DNA from: Candidatus Obscuribacterales bacterium
GTDB taxonomy: Bacteria; Cyanobacteriota; Vampirovibrionia; Obscuribacterales; Obscuribacteraceae
DNA length: 64,000 bases
Assembly (NCBI GenBank): GCA_965228855.1
Contig: CBDDIJ010000003.1
Location: 2,208,001-2,272,000 of the forward strand
Direction of reading: 5' to 3'
Positions 31,183 to 39,300 of this stretch are shown here, in pieces. The stretch's first letter is position 1, and each line of letters starts with the position of its first letter. The notes beneath the pieces were generated by a model, which did not search any database, was not told the DNA's origin, and worked only from the letters and a program-made list of their open reading frames with translations. A program made the translations under genes and the position numbers.

Positions 31183-32165
31183 TCGATGAGTTCTTTCGTT
31201 GCATTGACTGGTGCCGCCGAGCCTGGACTGCCATGCCAATCATGGCCCTTGTATTTCGGTAGCGTGATGCTGCGGATCTTTGCTCCTGTCGGCGCTTCCC
31301 AATCTCGCTCAATCACCGCTTCCGTTGAATCCTCTTTGATGGAAACTGCCTTTTCCTTATCATTTATCGAGTTTCCTCGAAGGTATCGTTGCAGAGTTCT
31401 CTCTTCCGAATCCATGTGCAGCCCGAACCAGCGACCATCAATCGGCGCCACTGAATCACGCTCTGACTGAATCGACATGAAATTCATACCTGGCGGGACA
31501 GGCTTCTCTTTTCCTGTCGTCCAACCGCTTACATCTACGAGGTTCGCTGGACGATACTTCTCTGGAAGTTCAGCCGCGGCTCTATGGGCGAAACTTGCGC
31601 CTTGCGAATAGCCGGTCAGAGTAATTCTATCGAGGTCAACGTTGTAATTTTTATTCAGTTGATCCAACACCGCAGTCGTGTAGCCTACATCATCTGTCTT
31701 GGAAAACGGATACTGCCCATTGTTGTAGGAGATGTCCTTTTTCGGATTACCACTCATGTAGAGAACGAACATGCCGTTCTCATCAGCCTCTTTGCTGAGG
31801 CCGGTCAATTCTTCCAAACCCGCGGCACCAGCTTTGGTACCACCGGGACCAGGCTTGTCACCCCATCCATTGAAGACAACTAACACCGGTGCAGGTTTCT
31901 GCGCATCGTAGTTCTTCGGCACATGCATAAATATCTCGCGCTGCGTTCCATCTACCGAAACCGACATCGGGACAGTGCTACCCTTTTCCACGCTCTCCGG
32001 ATTTGGAAAATCTATCTTCGTGCCCTTGTCCGATGCCGTCTTTTCAGCACGCATCGAATCCCAGGTCTCCGCCGACAGGTTTTTAGGCTCGCCCTCTTCA
32101 GAAGACTCCGAGCTTGCGTCTCGGTGAGACTTATGATGAATTTCCGTTTCATTGCTTCTTGGCAT
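31152..32165 (-). CDS. Alpha/beta hydrolase, LpqC/PHB-depolymerase-like esterase
   Basis: HVPKNYDAQKPAPVLVVFNGWG, DDVGY, nucleophile motif GYSQG, D in SERDSVAP and H in GHDW. Confidence 0.8.
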   Translation of the reverse strand: MPRSNETEIHHKSHRDASSESSEEGEPKNLSAETWDSMRAEKTASDKGTKIDFPNPESVEKGSTVPMSVSVDGTQREIFMHVPKNYDAQKPAPVLVVFNGWGDKPGPGGTKAGAAGLEELTGLSKEADENGMFVLYMSGNPKKDISYNNGQYPFSKTDDVGYTTAVLDQLNKNYNVDLDRITLTGYSQGASFAHRAAAELPEKYRPANLVDVSGWTTGKEKPVPPGMNFMSIQSERDSVAPIDGRWFGLHMDSEERTLQRYLRGNSINDKEKAVSIKEDSTEAVIERDWEAPTGAKIRSITLPKYKGHDWHGSPGSAAPVNATKELIEFIKGKRRGS

Positions 32166-32331
32166 AGCGTTTCCCGGGCGGTCAGCAGCGACATCGCAAT
32201 CACCTTATTCCCGCTCCAAGAAGTCGTTAAACGCTGTCCAGCGCTGACTCAAGCCGAAATCCGGCGTCAAAAGAACTCGGCGAAAAGGTCGCAACTCAGG
32301 CTCCCAAACTCAGCGTTTCGGCCGGCTCTAA

Positions 32332-33177
32332 CTAGAATTGCCGCACTACCGGCAACTTCAAATTCCGCCGCAAAACCATTATGTCAAGACACTCTTCGAC
32401 TGTTCGTTTCAAGTTGCCCTGACTTACGTCTTGCACACTAATTGAAGGAGAATACCGCAGACACCCGAGATACGGGACGCCTGTTCCTGTGATCATAAAC
32501 AGCTCGAAGTCGTCCTTGGATATGTACCGGTCCATGACCTGTGCTTCAAGGACATTAGTTTCAACCGTCGCCAGCGATAGAACTTGAATGCCGCCACTCT
32601 GCAGGTAGTTGAGAGACAAAGAGAGTTTTTCCAGAGCATCTGGAGCATGTTTCGCTACGAGAATAACGGGATAACCGAGGGACCTGATCAAATCCGTCGT
32701 TGTATACCACTCATGCGTGAGCTTGTTGAATCCATCCTTTTCGAAACTCAGCGGAGTTGCAACGGTCGTCGGCAGCTCGATAAAGGTTACAGCATCACGG
32801 GCGGTGCCCGTCATGATTATTTGATCCCACTCCGATTGACTTAAGGTCGGAGGAAACGACAAATGTATTGACGGATAGTCAACTGGCGTTCTGGTGATGT
32901 TGCTGATGAACGAATACTCCGGCGAACTCTTCTGATAGCGAGAGTAAGTCACAGGTTTGACGGCGCGAACCTTTCCGCTATAGTCACCAAGCACTCCAGC
33001 AATGCCAGACATTAAGACTGTCTTTCCGCATCCAGGCTCGGTCCCCACAATGCAGACACCAGAGTGCAAGCCTGTTTTCTTGGTGTCGTAGATCGATCGA
33101 CAGTTGTTAAAGAAAGACTCCTGGAGGGCATCTCCATGGTTGTCGTCGAAGAAAAATGAGTTGTGGTTAGTAGACAT
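32332..33177 (-). CDS. bioD: Dethiobiotin synthase-like P-loop protein (divergent)
   Basis: IVGTEPGCGKT P-loop, AVKPV, DLIRSLGYPVILV and GVPYLGCL match the BioD layout. The EGAGG motif is replaced by ELPTT. Confidence 0.6.
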   Translation of the reverse strand: MSTNHNSFFFDDNHGDALQESFFNNCRSIYDTKKTGLHSGVCIVGTEPGCGKTVLMSGIAGVLGDYSGKVRAVKPVTYSRYQKSSPEYSFISNITRTPVDYPSIHLSFPPTLSQSEWDQIIMTGTARDAVTFIELPTTVATPLSFEKDGFNKLTHEWYTTTDLIRSLGYPVILVAKHAPDALEKLSLSLNYLQSGGIQVLSLATVETNVLEAQVMDRYISKDDFELFMITGTGVPYLGCLRYSPSISVQDVSQGNLKRTVEECLDIMVLRRNLKLPVVRQF

Positions 33178-33310
33178 GGCGAAACTATACTACAAGTGGT
33201 GCCCCCATGCAGAGCAGTTTTTGCCCGAAAGAGATCGAGAGCAGGCTTTTTGGAACCTGCTCTCGAAATTTACATCAATTGTTATTGGACGTATTTATCA
33301 GCTCACTCAT

Positions 33311-33328
33311 TCAGGAATCCGTTCCTGA
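33311..33328 (-). terminator. Hairpin just downstream of the second giant gene stop
   Basis: tcaggaa-tccg-ttcctga forms a 7-bp stem; there is no clear U tract. Confidence 0.35.
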
Positions 33329-33335
33329 CAAGCAA

Positions 33336-36300
33336 TTATTTCATCGCTGTTACGCTTGGCTCTGAGTAGACTCGGAAGTCACCGTTTCCACCGATGTGCA
33401 TGAGAACTGCAGACGTCTTCATGAGCTTGTTGCTCATGCGGCGGGCATTATCATGCTTGGAACTCATGATTTCCTTTAACGGCTTAACCGAACCGATTGC
33501 ATGCAGAGTGGCAAACTCCGCATTGAATGCTTTGATACCATTACCATGATTGACGGCGGCTACAGACTTGTAACCGACGCTTTCCATCGGGTTCACGCGC
33601 TCGAAGCCATGATTAGAGCGGGTGGTGAGTACCGTGCAGCGACCAGGGCTCAAAGTCGTAGCTCTGGCTCCGGCGGTGACGCGCACGGACCCCTTACGCT
33701 CATCGTGCAGGTCATAGACACCGAGCCTGGTGCCATCAAGCACCACTAGCGCCACCGAGCCTTTCGAGACTTCAATTGTGCCCATCGGCGTTTCAATGCG
33801 AGTATCCTTCGCTGGAGCTAGAACGATGGTTCCTTGACGGAGTTTCGCGACTTCAGTGGATGTGACACCAGGCGCGCTACCATTGCCTGTTCCGGTCGCT
33901 CCAATCGTCGAACCTGAGATACCACTGTTTGCGGAGCTACCACTTAGCATCGTTGCCGAGCCGAGCCCCAGATCTTCGTCGCTCCAAACATAGGCATCAG
34001 TGAGGTAGTCACAGGCGGTTGAAACCGCTTCAGACGTCTGCACTGCCGATGACAAACCAACCACACTATTTTCAGCCTGCGCGGTATTGCTGACGGTGCT
34101 GAGCAAGTCAGTCGGCAGCGGCGAGATGTGCTGGGAGTTGAAAGTGGAACCGATGCTCGAGTTCGCAGAACTCAAATTCAGCGGAGCAGAATCTGAGGCG
34201 ACAAAGGTCTCTGTCGCTGGTTGAGCTAGCAATGATGGCATGATGGCCGCGGCAGAACGACTCGGAGGGTCAGCTTCCACAACGACGTTGCCGCCGAAGA
34301 TGATTTTCTGTGTCGAAGGATTCGCCGATCCATTATTGATGATGACGTCCTTGTTCGTACCACGCGTTTCATTCGACCCGACGACCGTGAATCCGGAAGC
34401 AGCACTGAAATAAGACTGACCCTTGCCAGTGTTGTTCACAGTGACACCAGACGGCGGAGTCGTGTTTGTTGGCTTCTTCGGAGGAGCGCCAATCGCAATG
34501 TTGACGTCCTTGCCTTTGCCTTGGGTTTCAATAACCGTATTGGCACCCAAATTGATATTTCCGGTGGTTATGTCGGTGTTAATCAATGTCAGCGCACCAT
34601 TATTGGCGGTGATTACCGAACCATCGTTAACGGTCAAACCTCCGGTTGCAGCCGTCACTGAGATGCTGCCTTTTGCAGTGTCGATGTCGTTTAGAGTGAC
34701 ACCGGCTGCGGTTGTGAGTGTGAAGCTGCCACCGGCACTGGAGTCATTAACAACTAGAGGCGTGGCTCTCTGGCTCGTGAGATTTACATTACCAGAGGTT
34801 TCAGCGTCAACACTCGCGGCTTGGAAGACAAAGCTCTTCTTGCCGATTGCGCCAGTATCCGCGATGAGAGTCAAGTTATTGACCGTGGTCAAGACCACAT
34901 TTTTCCCTGTCAGAAGCGTACCTTTGCCGCCCGCAGTAAACTTCACGTTTTGAGCCGACAAGATTCCAGCACTACTGTCTAGCTGAACCCCACTTCTGAC
35001 GTTCAACACTTCTATGTTGCTCGCCGTTAAACTTCCTTGCACGCCGTTCTTGGGAGTCTTACTCGCACCAATTGCGAAGTTTTTCGAATAGTTAGAGGTG
35101 AGATTAATCGAACCACCCGTACCGGATGCATCAATTCCACCGCGCACGACCAGTGCGCCGGACTTCTTATCCTGGCTCGCACTTCCGGTAGTGAAACCAC
35201 CGCCAGAGAGCTCGCCGTTGAGGATACTTGGCGCACCCACAACATTTGGCGCAGTCGTACTTATCAGAACACTGCCGCCGTTGGTTCCGCTTGCATCAAT
35301 TCCGCCGACAGAAATGTTTCCAGGACCGATGATTAAGATGTCACCACCATCAGTGGCACCACTTGCATCAATGGCTCCAACTGATATGCTTCCTGCACTC
35401 TGCGTTCCATCGCTAGCAATCAGCGTGACGTTTCCGCCAGCGCCTAAACCGCCGGCAGTGTTGACAGTCACGTCAGACAGATTGATGTTTCCGCCGATCG
35501 CGCTTGGGGTAATGCTCGAATAAGTTACGGCTTCATTGCCTACGGGTCCAACTTGTCCACCGGTTGAAGGAGTGAAACTGAAACCGGCAAGGACTGTTAA
35601 CGCCCCACCAGATGCACCACCACCGAGATTTATCGTAGTGGCCGAGCCGAAGTTAACGTTACCCAGAGCGATGATTGCAAAGTTACCATTCAAAATCACA
35701 TCGCCGCTGAGGGTCACATCACCTTGAGAATTGGCAATGGTGCCGACACCTTCCGGAGCTCTGAATATGAGCGGATTTCCTACGATACTTCCGGCAAAGT
35801 CATATCTTGACGAATTCAATGTTAGCGTCTGCAATCCTTCGATGTCAGCTCCTGCCAGAACGTTGAGAGAACCGGTGTTCTCGATCACATTCATCTCAGC
35901 TTCGCTTATATAGGTTTGAGTTCCCCCAAGAGAAAGGTCGCCGTCGTTCGCTGTAAAGCGAACAAGCTGTCCTACTCCAGTAGCGTTGAAGTTTCGATTG
36001 CCACCGCTACCGTCAACAGTTAAACCGCCAGCACCAATCGGACTTGAAACATCAATTGAGTTAGCAGTCATGTCGGCCTGGGCAGTTAGCACCGTGGTCG
36101 AAACATCGATATCCCCTGATGTCGAAATATTTGCAATCACGGTGACACCCGCCAGAGCGGTTAAATCCAGTGACTGAGTTGTCCCCACAGACCCAAGTTC
36201 CATTGCTGTTGACGCATTATTCTTGAACACGAGGGCACCGCCACCGGTAGCGAACAAGGTGTTCACCGCATTGTCAGCGTTAAGATTGGCCAAACCGGTT

Positions 36301-39300
36301 AACGAGTTAACAGTTAAAAGATCCGCCGTGATGATCGCACCAGCCGTTTGAGTGATACCACTTCCAGCGCTCAGAGTAAGCTGATCGACGGAAATTGCTG
36401 AATTCAGCGCAATGGTTGTTCCAGCGTCCAGTACAAGCAAGCCGCCCTGTCCCGAGGTGCCGACCTGGACTTCAAACTGATTAGCTCCAGCACCCAGGAT
36501 GTTGGTCAATGCGCCATTCGATTCGATAGTGACGGAACCAGCCGTTCCACCACCTAGTGACGCATTAGCTCGCAGGTCAACGTTCAATCCATTGAAGTTA
36601 TAGCTGTTGGCACGAAGGGTGATCGAGCCGCCGTCTTGCGCTGTCGCGCCTTCGCCGGAAGCTTCGATAATGACTGGTCCGTTGATGAAACCTAAAGTTC
36701 CTTGGTCCGCATCAACAGTGATGTGACCTCCATCGCCTGTGTTTTGATTTTGTTGGAGAACAGTACCACTGATATTCACACCGCCGGTTCCTCTATTGAG
36801 GATATTGACAGTGCCACCATTTCCGCTGACCAAACCACCGTCCGCTTCGATATTGCCGACGCTGTTAGTGCCACCCGCTCCAATTGCCAGGACTTCAGTG
36901 CCATTTGTTTCGATTGATAGAGTACCAGCATTCCCGACAGCGTCAGGCGTGATTGATATCCCGCCAATTTGCACGTTTCTTCCGGTAAGGATAGTGACAT
37001 CGCTTCCATCAGTAGCGACCGCGGTTCCGCTTGTCATGCGAATAACCGAATTGGTCGCGGAGCCCGGACTGAAGACTCCAGAAGTCTCGCTCGCAGTGGT
37101 GCGACTGAGAGTGATACCACTACCTGCAGAGCTTGCCGCCACCGTGACAGATCCGGATCCAGTCGCTCCACCTTTAATATTGATTTGACCGTTACCTATG
37201 TTGACCGCGTTGCCGCCGTCGTTGTTAGCGCCGATGATCAGCACATCGCCATTCGTATCACTTCCACTTCCACCTGCTCTAATTGCGAAGGCGTTGTCAT
37301 CCGCGAACAGACGACCGAGACTTCCAGAGTTGCTGGCGTAGGCCACGACTGTAATATCGCCCGCGTCGCCCTGACCAGCCGTGCTGCGACTGTCAAGCCC
37401 CTGGAAGTTATTGCCGAAGTTGATGTCGCCACCACCAGCGGTGCTGCCCGTGATTGTTACGCTTGAGGAGTCCTGCGTATAGGTAGCACCAGCCACAAGC
37501 GTGATGTCACCACGGTCGCTCGCCCCGGCGGTGGTGATCGACATTGCGCCACCGTTGTTGTTGATACTGCCACCTGTGACGAACAAGATACCGCCCGAGG
37601 TAGCAACCATGTTGCCACCTCGCATATCAATTTGACCCGTCGCGGTGACAGAAATTGAGGCCGCGCTGATGCCTTTGATGTTCGCCGTAGAATTGGAATC
37701 GGTCAGACCGGCGTTGTACTGAACGCTGCCACCAGTATTGGTGACTCCCTGCATTTGCACGCCTCGACCGGCATTAGCAATCAGTTTGCCGCCAGCCATG
37801 ACGATTCCGCCTTCGCCGTTACTCTGGAAGATTTGAGAATCCGTTGCGACGCCGCCATCAAAGGTGGTGCTTATCACAGCATCAGATTTCTGAATAACAC
37901 CATTGGCTGGTGCGGCGGTGAGCATAGTCACATCTCCTGTGCCCGCCTGCCCGCCTGTCACGTCGATGTCGGCGTCGATTTGAACGCCAGTGCCGTTTCC
38001 AGCTTGTCCGGAAATCGCGGTAATGTCTCCGTTATCACCGGTGCCGTTACCACCTGTCTTCAGCGTCGCGGTACCGCCGACAAAAATGGAGTTGGAGAAG
38101 ACGTCCGTGCTGGTCATCCGAATGAGGGCGATATCACCTCCGGTACCATTGCCGCCTAAACTACGAGTGTCGATTCCAGCGAACGTATTGCCCAAACTGA
38201 TTGAAGTCGACAGGTTTGAACTTCCTGTAATCGTGACATTCACTAAGTCCTGAGAGAAAGTCGCGCCCGCTACCAGCACGACGTCGCCGCCGTTGCCCGA
38301 TGCACTGGAGGTGTTGAGAGAGGCGCCGGCATTGATGTTGGTGATGGCGCCTCCGGCGACCAATACGATGCCACCAGGAGCGGTGATGCTGGAGCGAATG
38401 TTTAAACTACCGGTCGAGGTGGCAACGACGGTTCCGTTGCCGAAGGTGTTTAGTGTACCGAGGTCTGTAAGCCCTTCAGCGGATAAACGAATCCGACCTG
38501 CACTCAACGTTGTATTCGTCAAATTCAACGTGTTACCGGATCGCATGGTTAACGTGGCGTTGCGGTCAACGTCCATCGTCAAACTGTTGTTAATACCATT
38601 GATGTTGTTGTTGGCTTGAACGGCTCCATTCGTAAAACCAACGGACGTGTAAGCACCGGTGGTTTTGCTCAGTGTCGCACCGTTAATCGGCTGTGCTGAT
38701 AACAGGAGTATATTTCCGGTTCCGCTGGTAGTGCCGTTGGTATCCCATATGCCACCAATGTTGATACCACTACCACCCTGGTCGTTACCAGCCATGACGA
38801 TAATCTCGCCATTGTTTCTTCCCGCTCCCGCGCCTTGAGAGACAACGTCAGCGCTGGTATCAACAAATACTGTTCCGCGGGTACCGGTAGCGGTTTCGCG
38901 ATAAGCGATTAAGTTGATTTGACCGCCGCTAGCATCACCAATTCCTTGAGAATCGATTTGATCGAAACCGTTGCCGAGATTGATGTTGCCGCCGGTCGAC
39001 GATGGACCCGTTATAGTTAAATTCGAAGCAGTTTCGGTAAACAATGCACCGGCAATCAACGAAATCGAACCGGCCTGCGTGAGTGCACCGGGATTGGTGT
39101 TGAAATCAAAGCCGGAATCAATGTTGACTATGTCGCGACCAGCGACGACGAGAATACCGCCTCCGCCCGAAGCTGTTGTATTCCAGCCTAGGCTGCCGCG
39201 CAAGGTGACATCCTGCGTGGAGGTGACGACAATGCTGCCACCTTGTATTGTCCGAAGCTGTACGTCAGAATCAGCTCCACTGGCGTTTATACGAACGGCT

